A stretch of 64,000 bases of DNA from Candidatus Enterousia sp. (GCA_045613445.1 JAZLAZ010000027.1:674-64673); one strand, 5' to 3'. Counted from the first letter of the stretch, positions 19,101-28,650 are shown. The notes: a model not told the origin generated them from the letters alone. Translations and numbers: made by a program.

Positions 19101-19641
19101 CAAACATTTTCAAGAAATCATTGGCATACATTTGCGCCTGACTATCTTGCCCATTTAACAATGCCATACCAATTGGTCCTGTATGCGCCCCTGACAAACA
19201 AATAAGTCCATTACTGTGCGCAATCAATTCTTCCATTGTTATATACGCCCCCAAATGATGATTATCAGCCCGCATATACATGACCTTATTCAATTCGCAC
19301 AAATTCAGATAACCGTCGTGATTTTGTGCCAGCAACACAATCTTTGACAAAGATTCAGAACGCAAAATTTTTGGATCTACATTATGATGATTCAATGATA
19401 TCTCAATACCAATAATTGGCTGTAATTTATTTTTTGGCATAACATCTGAAAATTCTGCACAACCAGACATTAAATTTGTATCAGTCAGCGCACACGCAGA
19501 CATCCCAGCCGCCACACATAACGCCGGTATTTTTTTTATTGTCAGCGTACTGGCCCCAACAGAAAACCTTGAATGTGTACGAAGATGAATGAATTGATTT
19601 TCCATGCTAAATACCATAGCAAAATGCCACACCCAAGGCAA
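16195..19641 (-). CDS. dnaE: DNA polymerase III subunit alpha
   Basis: 1148-aa ORF with the PHP domain (FIHLRTHSRFS) and the polymerase core. The annotated start is a TTG with an AGGA RBS. An internal ATG at about 19605 (MENQFIHL..) would match the usual DnaE N-terminus better. Confidence 0.9.
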   Translation of the reverse strand: MPWVWHFAMVFSMENQFIHLRTHSRFSVGASTLTIKKIPALCVAAGMSACALTDTNLMSGCAEFSDVMPKNKLQPIIGIEISLNHHNVDPKILRSESLSKIVLLAQNHDGYLNLCELNKVMYMRADNHHLGAYITMEELIAHSNGLICLSGAHTGPIGMALLNGQDSQAQMYANDFLKMFGNRFYIEIQRHGLDAEIKTEPGFLKIAQELNIPIVATNDVCFAADNDYESADALGCVLGQTKVIDPERPRKSSEQYFKSYEQMSKIFSDLPEAVENTVRIAKRCGFMVNVHEKPLLPRFGDDLETECQMLRDNTMAGLKRRLEQHNITDTAPYYEQAEFELGVIIGMGFPGYFLIVADYIDWCRNNDVLTGPGRGSGAGSIVAWALGITNVDPLKYGLLFERFLNPDRISMPDFDVDFEPTGIERVLAYVCDKYGHDSVCRIITFGSLQARGAIRDIGRVYGMPYSKSDRLSKLIPQDAKTLKDAVDMSGEIQEILNNDQDLNKVVTIAEELEGSLRNLGQHACGVVIGDRPTTKIAPVYRDPANPLPSCQFDGKYLEKSGLIKFDFLGLETLVVLKYATRLIQQTRGINIDLDQIPTDDPKTMKLWQAGLTEGIFQFDAPFVKQTLRKMHPTSFLEISALNALNRPGPIAFIPQFIARMHGEEQIEYVHPKAEPILKETYGIIVYQEQVMQLTRALAGFTRGQSDNVRKAMGKKLIEMLNELEGKFYEGCEKEQTLDRATAKDLWEKFKEFAKYAFNKSHAIAYSIVANQCAYLKANYTPEFLAASMSSNLNDTDQLALFVDDAKSNFGIQIVAPDINESESLFTVRDGKIVYGLAALKGVGTVATDAIVAERKANGKFKNLTDFAKRCAPIMNKRILEAFAKTGVLDSLESNRAAIYMNADAILSYAAKSRDGANMLSLFANTVEDDVVEDRLHKNMPKTTPWTFGQRLEHELSALGFYISAHPLDQYKHLIKSAGLATSATLATLGDRKSVQIAVNVNSFGRRRTKTGKEMITINASDSLGNIDAVAFGDSAIEFSQILSSETVVLISGKTSNRDDRVSVFVDSIIPLTQWVAKIAKRITMDIRDKAVLQDVKKAIIALPRGYTQVVLNLHGADKVATLALPGGVELGNTTIADLAALGLRIEVE

Positions 19642-19687
19642 CCCAATATTTCCTAAAAAACAATAAAAAATCGCCCAAAGGCGATAT

Positions 19688-20401
19688 CTATTTCAATTTA
19701 CTTTTATATCGATTCCAATACTTCAAAAATATTGTCGTATCAGTCGTCGGATTATTCGCAATCGACAGTGTATCCCAGTCGATAACAGAACAAATATTTA
19801 ATTCATCATCAAACAAGAAATTTAACATATTCAAATCAAAATGTGCCAGCACTTGTTTTGGTTTGCGACACGGCTGTTCAACCGTTCTTCGTTGTAGACT
19901 GTATATAAATCTTTCTTTATTTGGTATATCATCTACCTTGATGCGTTGCAATTGACGAATAACGCCATGTGCTTGTTTTAATATTTTATCATAATTATCT
20001 GCGACATACTTTTTATCAAAATCAGTTATTGACTTTCCTGCAACGCGTTCACACACATACATTGGTATTTTTTTATGAACAATCACATGAGGCACAGTGA
20101 CCTTCATTCGTCGTTCGACATATTCTGATAAAAATTCAAAATCTTTTAACTGTTGAATAGTCACATTTCTGAAAACTTTTACAAAATATCTGTCATTTAC
20201 AACACATACCATACGGTTCAGTGTAATCTGACGAATAAAACGTACAGATTTTACACGCACCCCATATGTTTTCTTTACGAACCGAATAACAAATGGACGA
20301 AATAACAAAGTATTTATTCGTCCACGCCATTTTTGGCGATTTTTTGATCCATAAATAAAACAAGAAATTAAATTACTGATAAAAAACGGTATTTTATACA
20401 T
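19688..20401 (-). CDS. Kinase-like phosphotransferase-fold protein, 237 aa
   Basis: Catalytic-loop-like HFDLNMLNFL (HxDxxxxN) followed by IDWD, as in the APH / choline-kinase / Kdo-kinase families. Substrate unknown. Confidence 0.5.
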   Translation of the reverse strand: MYKIPFFISNLISCFIYGSKNRQKWRGRINTLLFRPFVIRFVKKTYGVRVKSVRFIRQITLNRMVCVVNDRYFVKVFRNVTIQQLKDFEFLSEYVERRMKVTVPHVIVHKKIPMYVCERVAGKSITDFDKKYVADNYDKILKQAHGVIRQLQRIKVDDIPNKERFIYSLQRRTVEQPCRKPKQVLAHFDLNMLNFLFDDELNICSVIDWDTLSIANNPTTDTTIFLKYWNRYKSKLK

Positions 20402-20485
20402 TTACATCCCCTAAAATCGTTAAAAATTGTAACGAATTAGCACAATTTTATCAAGAAAAACTTTCCTATGTTTCAGCAAAATAAA

Positions 20486-20516
20486 AACCCTGTTTAATTA
20501 TCAGGGTTTTATTTTT
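20486..20516 (-). terminator. Rho-independent terminator downstream of secA (AAAACCCTG..CAGGGTTTT plus T-run on the minus strand)
   Basis: Inverted repeat with flanking A/T runs, read from the sequence. Confidence 0.55.
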
Positions 20517-23128
20517 TAATGTAACTTGCCACAACAATGTTTATATTTTAACCCAGAACCACATGGGCAAGGCGCATTTCTGCGACCATTACCAATGGCC
20601 TGATTCAGTTTTTCATCATGTTTTTCTTGTTCAACTTGTTTAGCAGCCACATCTTCACGCGTCAATTCCATACGACTGATATAAGACACAGACATAATTT
20701 TGAAATTATTGACTGTATTCTTAAACAAATCTAGTGCTTCGCGTTTATATTCATACAATGGGTTTTTCTGGGCATAACCACGCAAACCGATTGCACTTTG
20801 CAGGTAATCCATCTGTTGCAGATGTTTTTTCCACACGGCATCCAAAGCCCCCAACATCATTTGTCTTGATGCCATTTGCATCAATTCTGGGCCATATTTA
20901 GCAGTCTGTTGTTCATAACGACGATTTGCCAAATTTACCAATGCTTCATAAGCTTTACGTTCTGTAATTAAATCGTCTGTTTTCCATTTTTCTATATCTG
21001 TAATATCCATTGCGAACACTCGCAACATTGCATTATGAATTGCTTCTACATTCCAATCCGCAGATGTTGATTTTTCTGGCATACTGTTTTCACAAATGAT
21101 TTCCACAACATCAGCAATCATTTCATGTGCCAATGGTGTCAAATCTTCTGAAACCATCAAATCATCGCGTTGCTTGTATATAACAGTTCTTTGTTCATTC
21201 ATAACATCGTCATATTTCAACAATTCTTTACGCGCTTCGAAATATCTTGCTTCGACGCGTTTTTGAGCTTTTTCCAATGCCTTTGTTATCCATGGATGAG
21301 TAATTGCTTCACCTGTTTTCAACCCCAGCGTTGTCAACATCCCCTGTAAACGCGCTGCACCAAAAATACGCATTAAATCGTCATCCAACGCCAAAAAGAA
21401 CTTTGAATCACCTGGATCACCTTGGCGACCAGAACGCCCACGCAATTGATTATCAATACGACGCGATTCATGTCTTTCTGTACCAATTACATATAAACCA
21501 CCAGCATCCAAAACTTGTTTTTTATTAGTTTCGATTGTCGCATATATTTCTTTCTTTTTATCTTCATAATCTGGCGCAGTCGAATCTAATTCTGCAATCA
21601 GCGCTTCTGCATTACCGCCCAGTTTAATATCCGTACCGCGTCCTGCCATATTTGTTGCAATTGTAACTGCACCTGGCGCACCGGCCTGAGCAACGATTTT
21701 TGCTTCAGATTCATGGTGTTTTGCATTTAATACCGCAGGATTGATATTCAATTGTTTACGAACAATCGCAGCCAATTCTTCGGACTTTTCAATTGAAACA
21801 GTACCAACCAACACAGGCTGTTTTCGTTGTACACAATCAGAAATTTGCTTTAATATCGCATCATATTTTTCTGTTTTATTCAAGTATATTTCATCATGAT
21901 GGTCTATACGCGCCACAGGACGATTTGTTGGAATTGAAACTACACGCAATTTATAAATTTCTTCAAATTCTGATGCTTCGGTCATTGCTGTACCGGTCAT
22001 ACCAGACAATGTTGGATACAAACGGAACAGGTTTTGGTATGAAATACTAGACACAGTCTGATTTTCTGGCTGAACTTTCACATGTTCTTTGGCTTCGATT
22101 GCCTGATGCAACCCTTTACCAAATCGACGACCAGACATAACACGACCTGTAAATTCATCAACAATTAAAATTTCACCATTACGGACAACATAATTTACAT
22201 TTTTCTGGAACAAATGATGTGCCAACAACGATTGTTGAATATGCATAACCAAGGCAGCATTTTCCGCAGCATATAAATTATCCCCTGTCAACAAACCAGC
22301 GTCTTTTAACAAACGAGTTGCATTATCAACACCAATTTCTGTCAATGTAACATGTCTGTCTTTTTCATCTTTTTTGAAATCAACATCTGTCAACTGTGCA
22401 ACCACCGCATCAACCTTGGCGTATAATTCGCTGGTATCTTCTGCTGGACCAGAAATAATCAGCGGGGTACGTGCTTCATCGATTAAAATACTATCAACTT
22501 CGTCAACAATCGCATAAAAGAACGGGCGCAAAACCTGTTGTTTTTTTGTAAATTTCATATTATCACGCAGATAATCAAACCCTAATTCTGAATTTGTTAC
22601 ATATGTAATATCGCATGCATATGCATCTCTGCGTTCATCATCTGTCATATCGTGTTGAATAATACCCACAGACATACCCAAGAATCTGTATATTTCGCCC
22701 ATCCATTCTGCGTCACGCGACGCCAAATAGTCATTGACAGTAATTAAATGAGCGCCTTTACCGTGTAATGCCTTTAAGAACATAGCCAATGTTGCAACCA
22801 GTGTTTTACCTTCACCAGTTTTCATTTCTGCGATTTGCCCATTATTCAAAACCATCCCGCCAATCATTTGAACATTAAAATGTCGCAATCCAATTGTACG
22901 AACAGAAGCTTCTCGCACCAACGCAAATGCATCAGGCAAAATATCTTTTTCTTTTTCCCCAGCTGCCAATCTTGCCCGCAGCAAATTTGTCTGTTCGCGC
23001 AACTGTTCATCTGACATTGCATGATACTTCGGCTCTAAATCATTGATTAAAGACACAGTTTTATCATAACTTTTAACCAAACGGTCATTTGCAGACCCTA
23101 ATAATTTACCAATAATATTTTTTACCAT
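20516..23128 (-). CDS. secA: Preprotein translocase ATPase SecA
   Basis: 870-aa ORF with a DEAD-motor N-terminus (MVKNIIGKLLGSANDRLVK) and the C-terminal zinc finger CPCGSGLKYKHCCG. Confidence 0.95.
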   Translation of the reverse strand: MVKNIIGKLLGSANDRLVKSYDKTVSLINDLEPKYHAMSDEQLREQTNLLRARLAAGEKEKDILPDAFALVREASVRTIGLRHFNVQMIGGMVLNNGQIAEMKTGEGKTLVATLAMFLKALHGKGAHLITVNDYLASRDAEWMGEIYRFLGMSVGIIQHDMTDDERRDAYACDITYVTNSELGFDYLRDNMKFTKKQQVLRPFFYAIVDEVDSILIDEARTPLIISGPAEDTSELYAKVDAVVAQLTDVDFKKDEKDRHVTLTEIGVDNATRLLKDAGLLTGDNLYAAENAALVMHIQQSLLAHHLFQKNVNYVVRNGEILIVDEFTGRVMSGRRFGKGLHQAIEAKEHVKVQPENQTVSSISYQNLFRLYPTLSGMTGTAMTEASEFEEIYKLRVVSIPTNRPVARIDHHDEIYLNKTEKYDAILKQISDCVQRKQPVLVGTVSIEKSEELAAIVRKQLNINPAVLNAKHHESEAKIVAQAGAPGAVTIATNMAGRGTDIKLGGNAEALIAELDSTAPDYEDKKKEIYATIETNKKQVLDAGGLYVIGTERHESRRIDNQLRGRSGRQGDPGDSKFFLALDDDLMRIFGAARLQGMLTTLGLKTGEAITHPWITKALEKAQKRVEARYFEARKELLKYDDVMNEQRTVIYKQRDDLMVSEDLTPLAHEMIADVVEIICENSMPEKSTSADWNVEAIHNAMLRVFAMDITDIEKWKTDDLITERKAYEALVNLANRRYEQQTAKYGPELMQMASRQMMLGALDAVWKKHLQQMDYLQSAIGLRGYAQKNPLYEYKREALDLFKNTVNNFKIMSVSYISRMELTREDVAAKQVEQEKHDEKLNQAIGNGRRNAPCPCGSGLKYKHCCGKLH

Positions 23129-23259
23129 TTTTCTTCCTTAAACTTATCACGAAATATATAGCAATTTTGAGTCTTGCGGTCAAGACACTTTATGATATAA
23201 TGACAATAAACTTATTAAACAAGTACAAAACAATTTTTTTTACCAATGGGGGGATAAAT

Positions 23260-23478
23260 ATGCCAGAACCAGCTGTACAGCAGTTAAATCCAGAATCAAT
23301 TACCAGCGATGTTTATATAATTGCACCAACACAAATCGAATACATTGCGCACATTTTTGGTAATACTGTTGCAGACACAATGAACATGCGAACATTTGCA
23401 CCAAAAATTCGCCAAATTGCCGAACAAGCGTTACGACATGCATTACAATCTGCGAAACACATGGGCGAAAAGAAATAA
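23260..23478 (+). CDS. Hypothetical small protein, 72 aa
   Basis: ATG at 23260 preceded by a GGGGGGA RBS. The ORF track's longer 23167 start lacks an RBS. Confidence 0.4.
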   Translation: MPEPAVQQLNPESITSDVYIIAPTQIEYIAHIFGNTVADTMNMRTFAPKIRQIAEQALRHALQSAKHMGEKK

Positions 23479-23517
23479 AATATTGAATTTTACCAGAATA
23501 ATGATAATATACCCCAC

Positions 23518-23842
23518 GCAAGATAGACTGGACATGGCTGATGTTTATCAGAGGAAAGTCCGGGCTGCATGGGACAACGCACCGGCTAATATACCGGGCA
23601 GGGCGACCTGACGATAAGAGCAACAGTGACGAAACGATTTAATTCGAGTGAAACGGGCAATCTCTGCGTGCAGCAACTTCAAATAGACCCCCTCATATGC
23701 GTCCCACATCGGGGGCGGGTAGAAGGCTTGACATATGCAGTAATGCAATATGCAGACTAATCATGTCCACTACCGTTATACGGTATACGAAAATATACTG
23801 AATACCGGCAGAACAGAACCCGGCTTATATGTTTATCTTCAC
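23518..23842 (+). ncRNA. rnpB: RNase P RNA (bacterial type A), a compact ~325-nt version
   Basis: Universally conserved GAGGAAAGTCCGGGCT (23551 onward) and 3'-terminal ACAGAACCCGGCTTAT motifs. P2 pairing TGGACATG/CATGTCCA, P3 hairpin CTGATGTTTATCAG, P1 pairing AAGATA/TATCTT. Followed directly by a terminator. Confidence 0.85.
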
Positions 23843-23868
23843 CACGCACCTACGGGTGCGTGTTTTTT
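23843..23868 (+). terminator. Intrinsic terminator of rnpB (CACGCACC-TACG-GGTGCGTG plus TTTTTT)
   Basis: Perfect 8-bp stem and T-tract. Confidence 0.7.
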
Positions 23869-24952
23869 ATTTTTGTTTGCTGCAAAATTCCAAAAATCCG
23901 AACATTGATTTATACATATCATATGTAGTCTCTATTGCAGCCTGACGCCATTCTGCATCTGATGGGCAAAAAATCTGTTTCAGTGCGCTCTTGGTCTGCG
24001 GGCTAACTTCCTTGAAATATCTGTATTCATATTTAGCGTTTCCCATATGATAAAATTTATTCATTTGGGCCTTATTTGCATCTACATCTGTACAAACACA
24101 AAAATCTGCACCATAGACACGATTGTGTGGTATATCATAACGTTGCTCCAACACACGCAACAAACCACCATTTATACACAACGGCAACTGTGTAGTTGTA
24201 TAATAAAATCGCTCAAAGAATCTGTGTTGGTTGTAATGATTCCCATATGGGCTGTGGAATTGGCCGTCACCTGGAACACTGTTATATCTGTAATACAATT
24301 CATTACCAGTAACCATCGCTATCGGAAACAAACCAGTTGCATTTTCTGCAATTTTATCGAACACAGACAACAGCATCTTGTTTTCAATAGTTGGGGCATT
24401 ACCGCCATAAAATAATCCTGTTGATTGTTTATATTGCCCCTGTTGAATCGCACTCCATTCTTTGAAAATCATATCGCGTTGTCGTATAATATCAATATGA
24501 TTCATCTTTTCGGCATGTGGTTTTTTAACCAAATATTTATGCACAGCGCTGTACAATGGGTTTAATGGTTTATGTTGAAAATCTGGAACAAAATTTCTAC
24601 CTAAATCTACTAATGTACCGTTTGAATCGCATGTTTCATGCATACCGTTATCCATTCCCCAACCGTTTACGACATGAATCAACACAATTGTATACTTTTT
24701 ACGCAAATCATACGATAAATTCGGTGCAAACTTATCCAAGAACAAATTCTGGGCAGCACTACCATAAAACGCATCAAGCCCACTGACACCAGAATAAAAC
24801 ACTACCTTTTCTGGTCCATCACCGATGATAACATATGGAATATCATACGAATGATTTTTTGCTACACACCAATTCAAATCACCTACATTGTGTGCATTAT
24901 GAACAAATTTTTCTGTTGCGTGCTGCCAATTTATCGGAAAGTAATTCTGCAT
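23867..24952 (-). CDS. Hypothetical protein, 361 aa; possibly an M14/AstE-AspA-like (DUF2817-like) metallohydrolase fold
   Basis: Long ORF with His/Glu-rich N-terminal region (HATEKFVHNAHN). The family assignment is from memory of sequence style only. Confidence 0.4.
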   Translation of the reverse strand: MQNYFPINWQHATEKFVHNAHNVGDLNWCVAKNHSYDIPYVIIGDGPEKVVFYSGVSGLDAFYGSAAQNLFLDKFAPNLSYDLRKKYTIVLIHVVNGWGMDNGMHETCDSNGTLVDLGRNFVPDFQHKPLNPLYSAVHKYLVKKPHAEKMNHIDIIRQRDMIFKEWSAIQQGQYKQSTGLFYGGNAPTIENKMLLSVFDKIAENATGLFPIAMVTGNELYYRYNSVPGDGQFHSPYGNHYNQHRFFERFYYTTTQLPLCINGGLLRVLEQRYDIPHNRVYGADFCVCTDVDANKAQMNKFYHMGNAKYEYRYFKEVSPQTKSALKQIFCPSDAEWRQAAIETTYDMYKSMFGFLEFCSKQK

Positions 24953-25008
24953 TTCATAAGTGCCTTTGGTTTTATATTATCTCTCCACCCCGCCGGCCCA
25001 CATATCTC

Positions 25009-25746
25009 CTACATGACTTTGCCTTGATTTGGGTAAAAAGTCAACTGAATATCACGCCATTTTTCGAATTCATTGACCGGCAACATACGAAATGGCTGAC
25101 ATGTATCAATTGCTTCCTGAATGGTTTCTAACACATATGCGAACGCTGGATCTGTTTCTGCACGCACAGCAGATTCAAACCAAACACCCTGAACAGTACC
25201 ATTTTTACGCATTTTCAAATGTGCCACTGCACGAATATCAGCAATATCAGACCGCCCATTATCAATCACCCAGCATCGCGTCATTGCAACACGCAACGCA
25301 TCAACAACCGATATTGTCAATGTTCTATCCAAAGACAAAACCTCGCGGTTTACTTTAATTACACGTTTTTTCTTTGGCGCATTTTCGTTTTTTTGTTCTG
25401 TTTTTTTATCTTGTTTTTCTTTTTCAATCTCTTTTATATCATTTTCAACCAAAGTCGTTGTTTTTATTTCAGTTTTTTCAACCGGCACCTCTTTTTTTTC
25501 TGGGCTAGTATCTTGTTTTTTTTCTGCCTTATTTTCTGGAACACCAGTATTATACAATTTTGTCTCATCGCCAGACACAACAACCTTATCCAAGTCTATT
25601 TCAATAATCTGGATTCTATCTGGCACAACTAATTTTGCGCGATTTACAACAACAGCGAACGAAGTGATCATTATCGCCACTAAAACCAAATGTCCACAAA
25701 CGGACATCAGTAAATTTTCTGTTGAAAATTGATTAAATTTACCCAT
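25009..25746 (-). CDS. tolA: TolA-like protein: N-terminal transmembrane anchor, Lys/Glu-rich linker, small C-terminal domain
   Basis: Position after tolQ-tolR. One N-terminal hydrophobic helix, then a KEKQDKKTEQKNE-type charged linker. Confidence 0.6.
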   Translation of the reverse strand: MGKFNQFSTENLLMSVCGHLVLVAIMITSFAVVVNRAKLVVPDRIQIIEIDLDKVVVSGDETKLYNTGVPENKAEKKQDTSPEKKEVPVEKTEIKTTTLVENDIKEIEKEKQDKKTEQKNENAPKKKRVIKVNREVLSLDRTLTISVVDALRVAMTRCWVIDNGRSDIADIRAVAHLKMRKNGTVQGVWFESAVRAETDPAFAYVLETIQEAIDTCQPFRMLPVNEFEKWRDIQLTFYPNQGKVM

Positions 25747-25749
25747 GTT

Positions 25750-26148
25750 TTATTCCGGTTGTGTTCGCAATCCAACTTTTTGAAATCCTGCATCCTTCAA
25801 TTTTCCCATCACAGACATAACAGCACCATAGTCTGCATGCGTATCACCACTAATCATAATTGTCAAATTTGGATTTTCACCACGCATTGCAACTGCACGT
25901 TTTACCACTTCATCACGCGACAACTGCGTTTCTGACAAGAAATAGCGTCCACTAGAATCCACACTGATTTGAATTGCGTGATCATTACCTGTCATAGCAG
26001 AAGCACCAGCACGGGGCAGTTCCAAATCGATACCGGTTGTCATCATTGGTGTTGTAACCATAAATACCGCCAACAGCACTGTCATAACATCAATCATTGG
26101 TGTCAACTGAATACTGCCATCAGATTGTCTTTTTCTTATTCTGGACAT
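25750..26148 (-). CDS. tolR: Biopolymer transport protein TolR/ExbD
   Basis: 132-aa ORF with the ExbD/TolR signature (IQLTPMIDVMTVLLAVFMV). Confidence 0.85.
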   Translation of the reverse strand: MSRIRKRQSDGSIQLTPMIDVMTVLLAVFMVTTPMMTTGIDLELPRAGASAMTGNDHAIQISVDSSGRYFLSETQLSRDEVVKRAVAMRGENPNLTIMISGDTHADYGAVMSVMGKLKDAGFQKVGLRTQPE

Positions 26149-26157
26149 TGTTCTGCC

Positions 26158-26649
26158 TTATTTTTTACACTTTAATTCGCAAACATCCTGGGTCAATTTA
26201 TCGTATAAATCATCCGACTTTTTTGCAAAATACTGATAAGCAATTGCTGCTGGCACTGCTGCAATCAATCCCAACGCAGTTGTTCCCAACGCAGCCGCCA
26301 ACCCAGGTGCGATTACACCAATACTGACTGATTGATTTACGCCAATTGCTGCAAAAGAATCCATAACCCCCCACACAGTCCCAAACAAACCGATAAAAGG
26401 AGAAATATAGGCGACCATTGACAAGAACCATAAATTTTTATCAAAGGGCGCAATTATTTTATCTGCAACTGTTTCTAAAACACAATTATTTTTCACAGAA
26501 ACAGGTGTTCTTTTAACAGATTTCCATAAACGAATTTTTTCAATAATAATCGCCCAAGACCAAACACTGAAACCAACCAAAACCAACGACACGAATAATG
26601 TCATTAAATCACCAGTAAATAAATTTAACATTGAAAAATTATTTTCCAT
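26158..26649 (-). CDS. tolQ: MotA/TolQ/ExbB-family proton-channel protein, a short 163-aa form
   Basis: Hydrophobic helices and a conserved C-terminal helix region (GLFGTVWGVMDSF). Sits downstream of ybgC as in tol operons. Confidence 0.8.
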   Translation of the reverse strand: MENNFSMLNLFTGDLMTLFVSLVLVGFSVWSWAIIIEKIRLWKSVKRTPVSVKNNCVLETVADKIIAPFDKNLWFLSMVAYISPFIGLFGTVWGVMDSFAAIGVNQSVSIGVIAPGLAAALGTTALGLIAAVPAAIAYQYFAKKSDDLYDKLTQDVCELKCKK

Positions 26650-26673
26650 ATTCCTTTCCTTTTTTATTTTTCC

Positions 26674-27048
26674 TTAAATCAAACCACTAATCAACTTTGT
26701 TGGTATTCGTTTTGGACGCATATCCGCCCCCAAATACGCCACTTTTAAGTTTATTATAGCACATTCAACCCCATTTTTCACGAACTTTTGTTCTATCTTG
26801 ACAGTTGCAGCCCCAGCATCTGTCATTTTTGTTTCTACGATAAATTCATCTGCAACTTTTAATGGTTGAATATACTTTATATTTAATTCACGGACAACGA
26901 ATCCAATATCTTCACTTTCTACCATATAACCATGCAACCAATTCATTCTGGCACGTTCCGCAATTTCCAGATATCTGGCATGATAAACAATACCTTCTGC
27001 ATCTGTGTCCGCATACGCAATTGTAAATGGGAATTTATGTATTTTCAT
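26674..27048 (-). CDS. ybgC: Tol-Pal-associated acyl-CoA thioesterase YbgC (4HBT fold)
   Basis: 124-aa ORF with the hotdog-thioesterase motif YADTDAEGIVYHARYLE. Confidence 0.8.
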   Translation of the reverse strand: MKIHKFPFTIAYADTDAEGIVYHARYLEIAERARMNWLHGYMVESEDIGFVVRELNIKYIQPLKVADEFIVETKMTDAGAATVKIEQKFVKNGVECAIINLKVAYLGADMRPKRIPTKLISGLI

Positions 27049-27653
27049 TTTATCAAATCTCTCTCGTCAACACCTAATTCATTTTTTAATCGCAATGCGA
27101 CACGATGACGAATTTCATCAAATATGCCACGCAAAGCAGGTTCAAAATCAAACATAGTCGCAATTTCGTTACCAAAAAACATTTTCCAATAAAAACCATC
27201 AGCATATTCACCAACATATGCCAAATTCTGGGCACACATATGCTGTACAGCTGTATCTAAAACATCCAATGCCTTGACCAGTCTAGATTCATAACTTTGA
27301 CGTGCATCATACTCATCAAAACGCACACGAACAACATCATCTCTTAGCAGTTCTACAATCTTTGCAACTGCAGCACTCTCATCAATCTGCTTTTGTATAC
27401 GCACAGAATTCGTCTGTTCGTGCAACGGTATATCATGTGCAATTGCTTCAGGCAAATCGTGCAACATACACAACTCATAAACCCGTTCCATATTGACCGA
27501 TTTTTTCAAGTACGGTCGCAACACCATTGCCATCATCGCCATATTCCAAGAATGAGCTGCCACAGATTGCTGTTTACCATCACTTTTCCGTGTCAATCGA
27601 TACTCGCATTCAAGCCGTTCGGCAATCTCAAAAAAATCCACTAAGTTATGCAT
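27045..27653 (-). CDS. HD-domain hydrolase, YfbR-like 5'-deoxynucleotidase family
   Basis: HD motif region HSWNMAMMAMVL...MLHDLPEAIAHD. Confidence 0.7.
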   Translation of the reverse strand: MHNLVDFFEIAERLECEYRLTRKSDGKQQSVAAHSWNMAMMAMVLRPYLKKSVNMERVYELCMLHDLPEAIAHDIPLHEQTNSVRIQKQIDESAAVAKIVELLRDDVVRVRFDEYDARQSYESRLVKALDVLDTAVQHMCAQNLAYVGEYADGFYWKMFFGNEIATMFDFEPALRGIFDEIRHRVALRLKNELGVDERDLIK

Positions 27654-27658
27654 ATTAT

Positions 27659-28648
27659 TTACTTTTCTAACCCCAAATGTGCATATCCTAAATCTGTAAT
27701 AACGCGCCCACGTGGCGTACGCTGAACAAACCCCAATTGCATCAAATAAGGTTCAATAACATCTTCAATTGTATCGGATGGTTCTGACAGTGCGGCGGCC
27801 AAATTTTCAATACCAACCGGACCACCCGCATAAAATTTGATAATTGTATTCATATACTCGCGATCAATTTCATCCAGTCCACAATCATCGATATGTAATT
27901 GGAACAGGGTGGTTTTTATTATATCTGCTGTGATTTGTTGTTTATTTAGCGCACATGCAAAATCACGTGCACGTTTTAACAAACGGTTGGCAATACGCGG
28001 TGTTCCGCGTGCGGACCGCGCCAACATCAACGCGCCATCATCATCAATTGGTGTACCCAAAATATTTGCACTGCGCTTTATAATTTTAGCCAAATCTTCG
28101 GGTGAATAGAAAGACAATCTTAAATCGATACCAAACCTGTCACGCAATGGGTTAGACAGCAATCCAGTTCGCGTTGTTGCCCCAACCAATGTAAACGGAG
28201 GCAGGTCGATACGCACACTTTTTGCACTTGGACCTTCGCCCAGCATGATATCCAACTTAAAGTCTTCCATTGCAGAATACAAAACTTCTTCAATCGCGGT
28301 TGGCAAACGATGTATTTCATCAATAAACAAAACATCCATTGGTTCCAACGCTGTCAGAATAGCCGCCAAATCACCTTGTTTTGTCAACATTGGCGCTGAA
28401 GTCGCCCTAAAATTAGTCCCTAATTCATTGGCAACAATGTGTGCCAATGTCGTTTTCCCCAATCCTGGGGGACCATATAACAAAACATGATCCATCGCTT
28501 CGCCACGACTGCGGGCACCGGACACAAACACGGACAGATTTTGTTTCAAACTATCATGACCAATAAAGTCCAACAAACTGCGCGGACGAATTGTTGCAGC
28601 CATATCATCTGGAATATTTGCATCTAAAAATCTTTCTTTGTTTTGCAT
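27659..28648 (-). CDS. ruvB: Holliday junction branch-migration helicase RuvB
   Basis: Walker [14 protein letters not shown], Walker [10 protein letters not shown], sensor regions and the winged-helix C-terminus. Confidence 0.95.
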   Translation of the reverse strand: MQNKERFLDANIPDDMAATIRPRSLLDFIGHDSLKQNLSVFVSGARSRGEAMDHVLLYGPPGLGKTTLAHIVANELGTNFRATSAPMLTKQGDLAAILTALEPMDVLFIDEIHRLPTAIEEVLYSAMEDFKLDIMLGEGPSAKSVRIDLPPFTLVGATTRTGLLSNPLRDRFGIDLRLSFYSPEDLAKIIKRSANILGTPIDDDGALMLARSARGTPRIANRLLKRARDFACALNKQQITADIIKTTLFQLHIDDCGLDEIDREYMNTIIKFYAGGPVGIENLAAALSEPSDTIEDVIEPYLMQLGFVQRTPRGRVITDLGYAHLGLEK

Positions 28649-28650
28649 GA

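Noticed and set aside
23300-23748. Several 66-107-aa ORFs on both strands
   Set aside because: They lie within the RNase P RNA gene. The region is explained by rnpB.
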